NCBI RefSeq assembly: GCF_009914755.1
Contig: NC_060948.1
Strand: one strand, 5' to 3'
DNA from: the human T2T-CHM13v2.0 reference genome, Homo sapiens
Length of the DNA stretch: 64,000 bases
Shown here: in pieces, positions 10,601-25,800 of the stretch
How positions within the stretch are numbered: position 1 is the first letter of the stretch
Layout of the letters: every line of letters starts with the position of its first letter
Program-made: the position numbers and the translations under genes
The notes under the pieces: generated by a model
Told to the model about the DNA's origin: nothing
Database searches by the model: none
What the model saw: the letters and a program-made list of their open reading frames with translations, nothing else

Positions 10601-13600
10601 GAATTGGAACGGAATGGACTCGAATGGAATGGAATGTCATGGAATGGCATCAAATGGAATGGCATCAAATGGAATGGAATCGAATGCAATGGAATGCTAT
10701 GGAATGGAATGGAATGCATTGGAATGGAATGTCCTCTAATGGAATGGATTCGAGTGGAATGGAATCGAATATAATGGAGTCGAATGAAATGGAATTGAAA
10801 GGAATGGGATCGAATACAATGGAATATACTGGAATGTAATGTAATGAACTCGAATGTAATTGACTGGAATGGAATGTACATGAATGGAATGTAATCGAAT
10901 GGAAAGTAATCCAATGGAATAGAATCTAATGTAATAAAATCGACTCAGATAGAGTAGAATGTAATGGAATGGAGTGCAGTGCAATGGAATGGAATGGAAT
11001 GGAATGCAATGGAATGGAATGGAATGGAATGGAATGGAATGGGATGGAATGGTATGGAATGGATAGTAATGGACTGGAGTGAAATGGACTGGAAAGGAAT
11101 GGACTCATATTGAAAGGGCTCGAAAGGAATGGAGTCAAATGGAATGGTCTGGAATGGAATGAACACGAAAGTAATGCAATCCAATAGAATGGAATCGAAT
11201 GGCATGGAATATAAAGAAATGGAATCGAAGAGAATGGAAACAAATGGAATGGAATTGAATGGAATGGAATTGAATGGAATGGGAACGAATGGAGTGAAAT
11301 TGTATGCAGTAGAAGGGAATAGAATGGAATGCAAGCGAAAGAAAAGAAATGGATTGGAATGGAATGGAATTCATTGGAATGGAAGGGAATGTAGTGTAAT
11401 GGACAGGCCTGGAATAAAGTGGAATGCTACGGTCTCGAATGGAATAAAAATGTATGGAATGGAATGCAATGAAACGGAATCGAATGTCATAGAATGTAAT
11501 GGAATGCAAAAAAATGGAATCCAAAATCATTGACTGGAAAGGCTGGGTGTCGAAAGGAATTGACTCCAATGGAATGGAATCGAATGGAATGGAAGTGAGA
11601 GAATCGAACTAAATCGAATGGAATGGAATTGATAGGAACGGAATGGAAAGGAATGCAATGATTTGGCATGGAATGGAATCGAATGGCATCGAATGGAATG
11701 GAATGGAATGCAATGGAATGGAATGTATTAGAATGTAATGAACTTTAATGGAATGTACTCGAATGGATTCGACTGGAATGGAATGTTCTGGAAGTGAATG
11801 GACTCCAATGGAATGGATTCCAAAGGAATGGAATCGTACGGAATGGAATCTAATGTAATGGAATTAAATGGAAATGAATCAAATTGAATAGCACGGAATT
11901 GAATTGAATGGAATCGAATGCAATGGAATCTAATGAAACGGAAAGGAAAGGAATGGAATGGAATGGAATGGGCTGGAATGGAAAGGAATCGAAACGAATG
12001 GAATGGAATCGAACTGAAGAGACTGGAATGGAATGCACTGGAATGGAAGGGAGTGTAATGGAAGGTTGTCGAAAAAAATGGAATCGAATGGAATGGAATT
12101 GAATGGAACGGAATAGAGTCGAATGGAATTGAATGGAATGGAATGGACTAGAGTGAAATGGAATCGAACCACAAGGAATGGACAGGAATAGAATGGTCTC
12201 GAATTGAATGGAATCGTATGGAATGGCATCAAACGGAATGGAATGGACAGCCACGGAATGGAATGCACTCGAATGCAATGGAGTCGAAACTAATGGACTG
12301 GAATAGAATGGACTCGACTGGTACGGACTCCAATGGAATGGAATCGAATGGAAGGGAATCGAACGGAATGGACTCGAAGGGAAAAGACTGCAATGGAAAG
12401 GTCTCGAATGGAATGGAAATTAATGGAATGGAATGGAATCGAATGAAATGGAGTCAAAAGGAATGGAATCGAATGGCAAGAAATCGAATGTAATGGAATC
12501 GCAAGGAATTGATGTGAACGGAACGGAATGGAATGGAATCCAAAGGAATGGAATAGAATGGAATGGAATCGAATGGAAAGGACTCGAATGGAAATCACTC
12601 GAATAGAATGCAATTTAATAAAATAGGATCAAATGTAATGGAATGGAATGGAAAGGAATCGAAACGAAAGGAATGGAGACAGATGGAATGGAATGGAACA
12701 GAGAGCAATGGTATAGAATGGAATGGAATCATCTGGAATGGAATTGAATGGAATGGAATAATATGAAATGGAATGGAATGGAATGGAATGGAATGCCCTT
12801 GAATTAAATGGACTGGAATGGAATGGACTCGAACAGAGTGGAATGGAAAGTGTTGAGATAGAATGGAATGGACTCCTTTGGAATGGTCTAGTATGCAATG
12901 CAATCGACTGGCAGGGAATCAAAAGGAATGTAATCGAATGGATTGGACTGGAATGCAATGGACTCGAATAGATTGGAAACGGGATGCAAAGGAATGGAAT
13001 GGAATAGTATGGAATGGAATGGAAAGGAATGGAGTGGAATAGACTAGAGTGGAATGGAATGGACTGGAAAGCAATGGACTGGAATGGAACTTTCTTGAAT
13101 GGACTGGAATCAAACGGAATGGAATGCAATGCAATCAAATGGCATGGAATAAAATAGAATGAAAGAGAATCAAATGGAATTGAATCGAATGGAATCGAAT
13201 GGATTGGAAAGGAATAGAATGGAATGGAATGGAATGGACTCAAATGGAATGGACTAGAATGGAATGGATTCGAATGGAAGGCAAAGGAATGGAATCTATT
13301 GGAATGGACTGTAATGGAATGGAATGGAAGGGATTGGAATGGACTCGAATGGAATGGACTGCAATAGAAAGGATTCGAATGGAATGAAAAAGAATTGAAT
13401 GGAATAGAACAGAATGGAATGAAATCGAATGAAATGGAATGGAATAGAAAGGAATGGAATGAAATGGAATGGAAAGGATTCGAATGGAATGCAATCGAAT
13501 GGAATGGAATCGAACGGAATGGAATAAAATGGAAGAAAACTGGCAAGAAATGGAATCGAAATGAATGGAGTGTTATGGAACGGACTCAAAAGGAATTGAA

Positions 13601-13829
13601 TGTAATAGAATGGAGTGGAGTGGACTCGAATATAATGGACTGGAATGGAATGAAATCACATGGAATGGGAACGAATGGAATGGAATGGAAAGGAATGGAA
13701 TCGAATGGAAAGGAATCGAATGGAAGGGAATGAAATTGAATCAACAGGAATGGAAGGGAATAGAATAGACGGTAATGGAATGGACTCGAATAGAATGGAC
13801 ACGAATGCTCAAATTGAATGGACTCGAAT

Positions 13830-16800
13830 GGAATGGAAACGAAAGGAATGTCATCGAATGGAATTGAATCGATTGGAATGAAATCGCATAGAATGGAGTG
13901 GAATCAAATGGAATTGAATCGAAAGGAAAGGAAGCGAATGGACTGAAATGAAATGGAATGGAATTGAATGGAAAGTAATGCAATGGAATAGAATGGAACG
14001 AAATTTCACGGAATGGAATCAAACTGAATGGAATCAAATCAATGGAATCCAATCAAATGGAATGGAATAGATTGGATTGGATGGGATTGGAATGAAATGT
14101 ACTGGAAAGGACTCGAATTTCATGAAACGGAATGCAATGAATTGGAACGGAATGGACTCGAATGGAATGGAATGTCATAGAATGGCATCAAATGGATTGG
14201 CATCAAATGGAATGGAATAGAATGCAATGGAATGCTATGGAATGGAATCGAATGCATTGGAATGGAATGTCCTCTAATGGAATGGATTCGAGTGGAATGG
14301 AATCGAATATAATGGAGTCGAATGAAATGGAATTGAAAGGAATGGGATCGAATACAATGGAATATACTGGAATGTAATGTAATGAACTCGAATGTAATTG
14401 ACTGGAATGGAATGTACATGAATGGAATGTAATCGAATGGAAAGTAATCCAATGGAATAGAATCTAATGCAATAAAATCGACTCAGATAGAGTAGAATGT
14501 AATGGAATGGAGTGCAGTGCAATGGAATGGAATGGAATGGAATGCAATGGAATGGAATGGAATGGAATGGAATGGAATGGAATGGAATGGAATGGAATGG
14601 GATGGAATGGTATGGAATGGATAGTAATGGACTGGAGTGAAATGGACTGGAATGGAATGGACTCAAATTGAAAGGGCTCGAAAGGAATGGAGTCAAATGG
14701 AATGGTCTGGAATGGAATGAACACGAATGTAATGCAATCCAATAGAATGGAATCGAATGGCATGGAATATAAAGAAATGGAATCGAAGAGAATGGAAACA
14801 AATGGAATGGAATTGAATGGAATGGAATTGAATGGAATGGGAACGAATGGAGTGAAATTGTATGCAGTAGAAGGGAATAGAATGGAATGCAAGCGAAAGG
14901 AAAGGAATGGATTGGAATGGAATGGAATTCATTGGAATGGAAGGGAATGTAGTGTAATGGACAGGCCTGGAATAAAGTGGAATGCTACGGTCTCGAATGG
15001 AATAAAAATGTATGGAATGTAATGCAATGAAACGGAATCGAATGTCATAGAATGTAATGGAATGCAAAAAAATGGAATCCAAAATCATTGACTGGAAAGG
15101 CTGGGTGTCGAAAGGAATTCACTGCAATGGAATGGAATCGAATGGAATGGAAGTGAATAGAATCGAACTAAATCGAATGGAATGGAATTGATAGGAACGG
15201 AATGGAAAGGAATGCAATGATTTGGCATGGAATGGAATCGAATGGCATCGAATGGAATGGAATGGAATGCAATGGAATGGAATGTATTAGAATGTAATGA
15301 ACATTAATGGAATGTACTCGAATGGATTCGAGTGGAATGGAATGTTCTGGAAGTGAATGGACTCCAATGGAATGGATTCGAAAGGAATGGAATCGAACGG
15401 AATGGATTCTAATGGAATGGAATTAAATGGAAAAGAATCAAATTGAATAGCACGGAATTGAATTGAATGGAATCGAATGCAATGGAATCTAATGAAACGG
15501 AAAGGAAAGAATGGAATGGAATAGAATGGGCTGGAATGGAAAGGAATCGAAACGAATGGAATGGAATCGAACTGAAGAGACTGGAATGGAATGCACTGGA
15601 ATGGAAGGGAGTGTAATGGAAGGTTCTCGAAAAAAATGGAATCGAATGGAATGCAATTGAATGGAACGGAATAGAGTCGAATGGAATTGAATGGAATGGA
15701 ATGGACTAGAGTGAAATGGAATCGAACCACAAGGAATGGACAGGAATAGAATGGTCTCGAATTGAATGGAATCGTATGGAATGGCATCAAACGGAATGGA
15801 ATGGACAGCCACGGAATGGAATGCACTCGAATGCAATGGAGTCGAAACTAATGGACTGGAATAGAATGGACTCGACTGGTACGGACTCCAATGGAATGGA
15901 ATCGAATGGAAGGGAATCGAACGGAATGGACTCGAAGGGAAAAGACTGCAATGGAAAGGTCTCGAATGGAATGGAAATTAATGGGATGGAATGGAATCGA
16001 ATGAAATGGAGTCAAAAGGAATGGAATCGAATGGTAAGAAATTGAATGTAATGGAATCGCAAGGAATTGATGTGAACGGAACGGAATGGAATGGAATCCA
16101 AAGGAATGGAATAGAATGGAATGGAATCGAATGGAAAGGACTCGAATGGAAATCACTCGAATAGAATGCAATTTAATAAAATAGGATCAAATGTAATAGA
16201 ATGGAATGGAAAGGAATCGAAACGGAAGGAATGGAGACAGATGGAATGGAATGGAAGAGAGAGCAATAGTATAGAATGGAATGGAATCATCTGGAATGGA
16301 ATTGAATGGAATGGAATAATATGAAATGGAATGGAATGGAATGGAATGGAATGCCCTTGAATTAAATGGACTGGACTCGAACAGAGTGGAATGGAAAGTG
16401 TTGAGATAGAATGGAATGGACTCCTTTGGAATGGTGTAGTATGCAATGCAATCGACTGGCAGGGAATCAAAAGGAATGTAATGGAATGGATTGGACTGGA
16501 ATGCAATGGACTCGAATAGATTGGAAACGGAATGCAAAGGAATGGAATGGAATAGTATGGAATGCAATGGAAGGGAATGGAGTGGAATAGACTAGAGTGG
16601 AATGGAATGGACTGGAAAGCAATGGACTGGAATGGAACTTTCTTGGATGGATTGGAATCAAACGGAATGGAATGCAATGCAATCAAATGGCATGGAATAA
16701 AATAGAATGAAAGAGAATCAAATGGAATTGAATCGAATGGAATCGAATGGATTGGAAAGGAATAGAATGGAATGGAATGGAATTGACTCAAATGGAATGG

Positions 16801-19800
16801 ACTAGAATGGAATGGATTCGAATGGAAGGCAAATGAATGGAATCTATTGGAATGGACTGTAATGGAATGGAATGGAAGGGATTGGAATGGACTCGAATGG
16901 AATGGACTGCAATAGAAAGGATTCGAATGGAATGAAAAAGAATTGAATGGAATAGAACAGAATGGAATGAAATCGAATGAAATGGAATGGAATAGAAAGG
17001 AATGGAATGAAATGGAATGGAAAGGATTCGAATGGAATGCAATCGAATGGAATGGAATCGAACGGAATGGAATAAAATGGAAGAAAACTGGCAAGAAATG
17101 GAATCGAAATGAATGGAGTGTTATGGAACGGACTCAAAAGGAATTGAATGTAATAGAATGGAGTGGAGTGGACTCGAATATAATGGACTGGAATGGAATG
17201 AAATCACATGGAATGGGAACGAATGGAATGGAATGGAAAGGAATGGAATCGAATGGAAAGGAATCGAATGGAAGGGAATGAAATTGAATCAACAGGAATG
17301 GAAGGGAATAGAATAGACGGTAATGGAATGGACTCGAATAGAATGGACACGAATGCTCAAATTGAATGGACTCGAATGGAATGGAAACGAAAGGAATGTC
17401 ATCGAATGGAATTGAATCGATTGGAATGAAATCGCATAGAATGGAGTGGAATCAAATGGAATTGAATCGAAAGGAAAGGAAGCGAATGGACTGAAATGAA
17501 ATGGAATGGAATTGAATGGAAAGTAATGCAATGGAATAGAATGGAACGAAATTTCACGGAATGGAATCAAACTGAATGGAATCAAATCAATGGAATCCAA
17601 TCAAATGGAATGGAGTAGATTGGATTGGATGGGATTGGAATGAAATGTACTGGAAAGGACTCGAATTTCATGAAACGGAATGGAATGAATTGGAACGGAA
17701 TGGACTCGAATGGAATGGAATGTCATAGAATGGTATCAAATGGAATGGCATCAAATGGAATGGAATCGAATGCAATGGAATGCTATGGAATGGAATGGAA
17801 TGCATTGGAATGGAATGTCCTCTAATGGAATGGATTCGAGTGGAATGGAATCGAATATAATGGAGTCGAATGAAATGGAATTGAAAGGAATGGGATGGAA
17901 TACAATGGAATATACTGGAATGTAATGTAATGAACTCGAATGTAATTGACTGGAATGGAATGTACATGAGTGGAATGTAATCGAATGGAAAGTAATCCAA
18001 TGGAATAGAATCTAATGCAATAAAATCGACTCAGATAGAGTAGAATGTAATGGAATGGAGTGCAGTGCAATGGAATGGAATGGAATGGAATGCAATGGAA
18101 TGGAATGGAATGGAATGGAATGGAATGGAATGGAATGGAATGGGATGGAATGGTATGGAATGGATAGTAATGGACTGGAGTGAAATGGACTGGAAAGGAA
18201 TGGACTCAAATTGAAAGGTCTCGAAAGGAATGGAGTCAAATGGAATGGTCTGGAATGGAATGAACACGAATGTAATGCAATCCAATAGAATGGAATCGAA
18301 TGGCATGGAATATAAAGAAATGGAATCGAAGAGAATGGAAACAAATGGAATGGAATTGAATGGAATGGAATTGAATGGAATGTGAACGAATGGAGTGAAA
18401 TTGTATGCAGTAGAAGAGAATAGAATGGAATGCAAGCGAAAGGAAAGGAATGGATTGGAATGGAATGGAATTCATTGGAATGGAAGGGAATGTAGTGTAA
18501 TGGACAGGCCTGGAATAAAGTGGAATGCTACAGTCTCGAATGGAATAAAAATGTATGGAATGGAATGCAATGAAACGGAATCGAATGTCATAGAATGTAA
18601 TGGAATGCAAAAAAATGGAATCCAAAATCATTGAATGCAAAGGCTGGGTGTCGAAAGGAATTGACTCCAATGGAATGGAATCGAATGGAATGGAAGTGAA
18701 TAGAATCGAACTAAATCGAATGGAATGGAATTGATAGAAACGGAATGGAAAGGAATGCAATGATTTGGCATGGAATGGAATCGAATGGCATCGAATGGAA
18801 TGGAATGGAATGCAATGGAATGGAACGTATTAGAATGTAATGAACTTTAATGGAATGTACTCGAATGGATTCGACTGGAATGGAATGTTCTGGAAGTGAA
18901 TGGACTCCAATGGAATGGATTCAAAAGGAATGGAATCGTACGGAATGGAATCCAATGGAATGGAATTAAATGGAAATGAATCAAATTGAATAGCACGGAA
19001 TTGAATTGAATGGAATGGAATGCAATGGAATCTAATGAAACGGAAAGGAAAGGAATGGAATGGAATGGAATGGGCTGGAATGGAAAGGAATCGAAACGAA
19101 TGGAATGGAATCGAACTGAAGAGACTGGAATGGAATGCACTGGAATGGAAGGGAGTGTAATGGAAGGTTCTCGAAAAAAATGGAATCGAATGGAATGCAA
19201 TTGAATGGAACGGAATAGAGTCGAATGGAATTGAATGGAATGGAATGGACTAGAGTGAAATGGAATCGAACCACAAGGAATGGACAGGAATAGAATGGTC
19301 TCGAATTGAATGGAATCGTATGGAATGGCATCAAACGGAATGGAATGGACAGCCACGGAATGGAATGCACTCGAATGCAATGGAGTCGAAACTAATGGAC
19401 TGGAATAGAATGGACTCGACTGGTACAGACTCCAATGGAATGGAATCGAATGGAAGGGAATCGAACGGAAGGGAATCGAATGGAATGGACTCTAAGGGAA
19501 AAGACTGCAATGGAAAGGTCTCGAATGGAATGGAAATTAATGGAATGGAATGGAATCGAATGAAATAGAGTCAAAAGGAATGGAATCGAATGGCAAGAAA
19601 TCGAATGTAATGGAATCGCAAGGAATTGATGTGAACGGAACGGAATGGAATGGAATCCAAAGGAATGGAATAGAATGGAATGGAATCGAATGGAAAGGAC
19701 TCGAATGGAAATCACTCGAATAGAATGCAATTTAATAAAATAGGATCAAATGTAATGGAATGGAATGGAAAGGAATCGAAACAAAAGGAATGGAGACAGA

Positions 19801-22800
19801 TGGAATGGAATGGAACAGAGAGCAATGGTATAGAACGGAATGGAATCATCTGGAATGGAATTGAATGGAATGGAATAATATGAAATGGAAAGGAATGGAA
19901 TGGAATGCCCTTGAATTAAATGGACTGCAATGGAATGGACTCGAACAGAGTGGAATGGAAAGTGTTGAAATAGAATGGAATTGACTCGTTTGGAATGGTC
20001 TAGTATGCAATGCAATCGACTGGCAGGGAATCAAAAGGAATGTAATCGAATGGATTGGACTGGAATGCAATGGACTCGAATAGATTGGAAACGGAATGCA
20101 AAGGAATGGAATGGAATAGTATGGAATGGAATGGAAAGGAATGGAGTGGAATAGACTAGAGTGGAATGGAATGGACTTGAAAGCAATGGACTGGAATGGA
20201 ACTTTCTTGAATGGACTGGAACCAAACGGAATGGAATGCAATGCAATCAAATGGCATGGAATAAGATAGAATGAAAGAGAATCAAATGGAATTGAATCGA
20301 ATGGAATCGAATGGATTGGAAAGGAATAGAATGGAATGGAATGGAATTGACTCAAATGGAATGGACTAGAATGGAATGGATTTGAATGGAAGGCAAAGGA
20401 ATGGAATCTATTGGAATGGACTGTAATGGAATGGAATGGAAGGGATTGGAATGGATTCGAATGGAATGGACTGCAATAGAAAGGATTCGAATGGAATGAA
20501 AAAGAATTGAATGGAATAGAACAGAATGGAATGAAATCGAATGAAATGGAATGGAATAGAAAGGAATGGAATGAAATGGAATGGAAAGGATTAGAATGGA
20601 ATGCAATCGAATGGAATGGAATCGAACGGAATGGAATAAAATGGAAGAAAACTGGCAAGAAATGGAATCGAAATGAATGGAGTGTTATGGAACGGACTCA
20701 AAAGGAATTGAATGTAATAGAATGGAGTTGAGTGGACTCGAATATAATGGACTGGAATGGAATGAAATCACATGGAATGGGAACGAATGGAATGGAATGG
20801 AAAGGAATGGAATCGAATGGAAAGGAATCGAATGGAAGGGAATGAAATTGAATCAACAGGAATGGAAGGGAATAGAATAGACGGTAATGGAATGGACTCG
20901 AATAGAATGGACACGAATGCTCAAATTGAATGGACTCGAATGGAATGGAAACGAAAGGAATGTCATCGAATGGAATTGAATCGATTGGAATGAAATCGCA
21001 TAGAATGGAGTGGAATCAAATGGAATTGAATCGAAAGGAAAGGAAGCGAATGGACTGAAATGAAATGGAATGGAATTGAATGGAAAGTAATGCAATGGAA
21101 TAGAATGGAACGAAATTTCACGGAATGGAATCAAACTGAATGGAATCAAATCAATGGAATCCAATCAAATGGAATGGAATAGATTGGATTGGATGGGATT
21201 GGAATGAAATGTACTGGAAAGGACTCGAATTTCATGAAACGGAATGCAATGAATTGGAACGGAATGGACTCGAATGGAATGGAATGTCATAGAATGGCAT
21301 CAAATGGATTGGCATCAAATGGAATGGAATAGAATGCAATGGAATGCTATGGAATGGAATCGAATGCATTGGAATGGAATGTCCTCTAATGGAATGGATT
21401 CGAGTGGAATGGAATCGAATATAATGGAGTCGAATGAAATGGAATTGAAAGGAATGGGATCGAATACAATGGAATATACTGGAATGTAATGTAATGAACT
21501 CGAATGTAATTGACTGGAATGGAATGTACATGAATGGAATGTAATCGAATGGAAAGTAATCCAATGGAATAGAATCTAATGCAATAAAATCGACTCAGAT
21601 AGAGTAGAATGTAATGGAATGGAGTGCAGTGCAATGGAATGGAATGGAATGGAATGCAATGGAATGGAATGGAATGGAATGGAATGGAATGGAATGGAAT
21701 GGAATGGGATGGAATGGTATGGAATGGATAGTAATGGACTGGAGTGAAATGGACTGGAATGGAATGGACTCAAATTGAAAGGGCTCGAAAGGAATGGAGT
21801 CAAATGGAATGGTCTGGAATGGAATGAACACGAATGTAATGCAATCCAATAGAATGGAATCGAATGGCATGGAATATAAAGAAATGGAATCGAAGAGAAT
21901 GGAAACAAATGGAATGGAATTGAATGGAATGGAATTGAATGGAATGGGAACGAATGGAGTGAAATTGTATGCAGTAGAAGGGAATAGAATGGAATGCAAG
22001 CGAAAGGAAAGGAATGGATTGGAATGGAATGGAATTCATTGGAATGGAAGGGAATGTAGTGTAATGGACAGGCCTGGAATAAAGTGGAATGCTACGGTCT
22101 CGAATGGAATAAAAATGTATGGAATGTAATGCAATGAAACGGAATCGAATGTCATAGAATGTAATGGAATGCAAAAAAATGGAATCCAAAATCATTGACT
22201 GGAAAGGCTGGGTGTCGAAAGGAATTCACTGCAATGGAATGGAATCGAATGGAATGGAAGTGAATAGAATCGAACTAAATCGAATGGAATGGAATTGATA
22301 GGAACGGAATGGAAAGGAATGCAATGATTTGGCATGGAATGGAATCGAATGGCATCGAATGGAATGGAATGGAATGCAATGGAATGGAATGTATTAGAAT
22401 GTAATGAACATTAATGGAATGTACTCGAATGGATTCGAGTGGAATGGAATGTTCTGGAAGTGAATGGACTCCAATGGAATGGATTCGAAAGGAATGGAAT
22501 CGAACGGAATGGATTCTAATGGAATGGAATTAAATGGAAAAGAATCAAATTGAATAGCACGGAATTGAATTGAATGGAATCGAATGCAATGGAATCTAAT
22601 GAAACGGAAAGGAAAGAATGGAATGGAATAGAATGGGCTGGAATGGAAAGGAATCGAAACGAATGGAATGGAATCGAACTGAAGAGACTGGAATGGAATG
22701 CACTGGAATGGAAGGGAGTGTAATGGAAGGTTCTCGAAAAAAATGGAATCGAATGGAATGCAATTGAATGGAACGGAATAGAGTCGAATGGAATTGAATG

Positions 22801-25800
22801 GAATGGAATGGACTAGAGTGAAATGGAATCGAACCACAAGGAATGGACAGGAATAGAATGGTCTCGAATTGAATGGAATCGTATGGAATGGCATCAAACG
22901 GAATGGAATGGACAGCCACGGAATGGAATGCACTCGAATGCAATGGAGTCGAAACTAATGGACTGGAATAGAATGGACTCGACTGGTACGGACTCCAATG
23001 GAATGGAATCGAATGGAAGGGAATCGAACGGAATGGACTCGAAGGGAAAAGACTGCAATGGAAAGGTCTCGAATGGAATGGAAATTAATGGGATGGAATG
23101 GAATCGAATGAAATGGAGTCAAAAGGAATGGAATCGAATGGTAAGAAATTGAATGTAATGGAATCGCAAGGAATTGATGTGAACGGAACGGAATGGAATG
23201 GAATCCAAAGGAATGGAATAGAATGGAATGGAATCGAATGGAAAGGACTCGAATGGAAATCACTCGAATAGAATGCAATTTAATAAAATAGGATCAAATG
23301 TAATAGAATGGAATGGAAAGGAATCGAAACGGAAGGAATGGAGACAGATGGAATGGAATGGAAGAGAGAGCAATAGTATAGAATGGAATGGAATCATCTG
23401 GAATGGAATTGAATGGAATGGAATAATATGAAATGGAATGGAATGGAATGGAATGGAATGCCCTTGAATTAAATGGACTGGACTCGAACAGAGTGGAATG
23501 GAAAGTGTTGAGATAGAATGGAATGGACTCCTTTGGAATGGTGTAGTATGCAATGCAATCGACTGGCAGGGAATCAAAAGGAATGTAATGGAATGGATTG
23601 GACTGGAATGCAATGGACTCGAATAGATTGGAAACGGAATGCAAAGGAATGGAATGGAATAGTATGGAATGCAATGGAAGGGAATGGAGTGGAATAGACT
23701 AGAGTGGAATGGAATGGACTGGAAAGCAATGGACTGGAATGGAACTTTCTTGGATGGATTGGAATCAAACGGAATGGAATGCAATGCAATCAAATGGCAT
23801 GGAATAAAATAGAATGAAAGAGAATCAAATGGAATTGAATCGAATGGAATCGAATGGATTGGAAAGGAATAGAATGGAATGGAATGGAATTGACTCAAAT
23901 GGAATGGACTAGAATGGAATGGATTCGAATGGAAGGCAAATGAATGGAATCTATTGGAATGGACTGTAATGGAATGGAATGGAAGGGATTGGAATGGACT
24001 CGAATGGAATGGACTGCAATAGAAAGGATTCGAATGGAATGAAAAAGAATTGAATGGAATAGAACAGAATGGAATGAAATCGAATGAAATGGAATGGAAT
24101 AGAAAGGAATGGAATGAAATGGAATGGAAAGGATTCGAATGGAATGCAATCGAATGGAATGGAATCGAACGGAATGGAATAAAATGGAAGAAAACTGGCA
24201 AGAAATGGAATCGAAATGAATGGAGTGTTATGGAACGGACTCAAAAGGAATTGAATGTAATAGAATGGAGTGGAGTGGACTCGAATATAATGGACTGGAA
24301 TGGAATGAAATCACATGGAATGGGAACGAATGGAATGGAATGGAAAGGAATGGAATCGAATGGAAAGGAATCGAATGGAAGGGAATGAAATTGAATCAAC
24401 AGGAATGGAAGGGAATAGAATAGACGGTAATGGAATGGACTCGAATAGAATGGACACGAATGCTCAAATTGAATGGACTCGAATGGAATGGAAACGAAAG
24501 GAATGTCATCGAATGGAATTGAATCGATTGGAATGAAATCGCATAGAATGGAGTGGAATCAAATGGAATTGAATCGAAAGGAAAGGAAGCGAATGGACTG
24601 AAATGAAATGGAATGGAATTGAATGGAAAGTAATGCAATGGAATAGAATGGAACGAAATTTCACGGAATGGAATCAAACTGAATGGAATCAAATCAATGG
24701 AATCCAATCAAATGGAATGGAGTAGATTGGATTGGATGGGATTGGAATGAAATGTACTGGAAAGGACTCGAATTTCATGAAACGGAATGGAATGAATTGG
24801 AACGGAATGGACTCGAATGGAATGGAATGTCATAGAATGGTATCAAATGGAATGGCATCAAATGGAATGGAATCGAATGCAATGGAATGCTATGGAATGG
24901 AATGGAATGCATTGGAATGGAATGTCCTCTAATGGAATGGATTCGAGTGGAATGGAATCGAATATAATGGAGTCGAATGAAATGGAATTGAAAGGAATGG
25001 GATGGAATACAATGGAATATACTGGAATGTAATGTAATGAACTCGAATGTAATTGACTGGAATGGAATGTACATGAGTGGAATGTAATCGAATGGAAAGT
25101 AATCCAATGGAATAGAATCTAATGCAATAAAATCGACTCAGATAGAGTAGAATGTAATGGAATGGAGTGCAGTGCAATGGAATGGAATGGAATGGAATGC
25201 AATGGAATGGAATGGAATGGAATGGAATGGAATGGAATGGAATGGAATGGGATGGAATGGTATGGAATGGATAGTAATGGACTGGAGTGAAATGGACTGG
25301 AAAGGAATGGACTCAAATTGAAAGGTCTCGAAAGGAATGGAGTCAAATGGAATGGTCTGGAATGGAATGAACACGAATGTAATGCAATCCAATAGAATGG
25401 AATCGAATGGCATGGAATATAAAGAAATGGAATCGAAGAGAATGGAAACAAATGGAATGGAATTGAATGGAATGGAATTGAATGGAATGTGAACGAATGG
25501 AGTGAAATTGTATGCAGTAGAAGAGAATAGAATGGAATGCAAGCGAAAGGAAAGGAATGGATTGGAATGGAATGGAATTCATTGGAATGGAAGGGAATGT
25601 AGTGTAATGGACAGGCCTGGAATAAAGTGGAATGCTACAGTCTCGAATGGAATAAAAATGTATGGAATGGAATGCAATGAAACGGAATCGAATGTCATAG
25701 AATGTAATGGAATGCAAAAAAATGGAATCCAAAATCATTGAATGCAAAGGCTGGGTGTCGAAAGGAATTGACTCCAATGGAATGGAATCGAATGGAATGG

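Larger units (their letters stand above)
1..10900 (+). repeat. Dimeric duplication with 7113 bp period (first copy truncated by the window start)
   Basis: 1-~3800 is near-identical to 7114-~10900, including private variants: GTTACGG, a 5-bp loss near 1311, a 15-bp loss near 2581 (GCATGGACTA), TGACTGTAAT, GAAGTTGAATC and AAAAGAAGCG. The ORF track repeats at +7113. The right end lies between ~10380 and ~10930. Confidence 0.85.
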
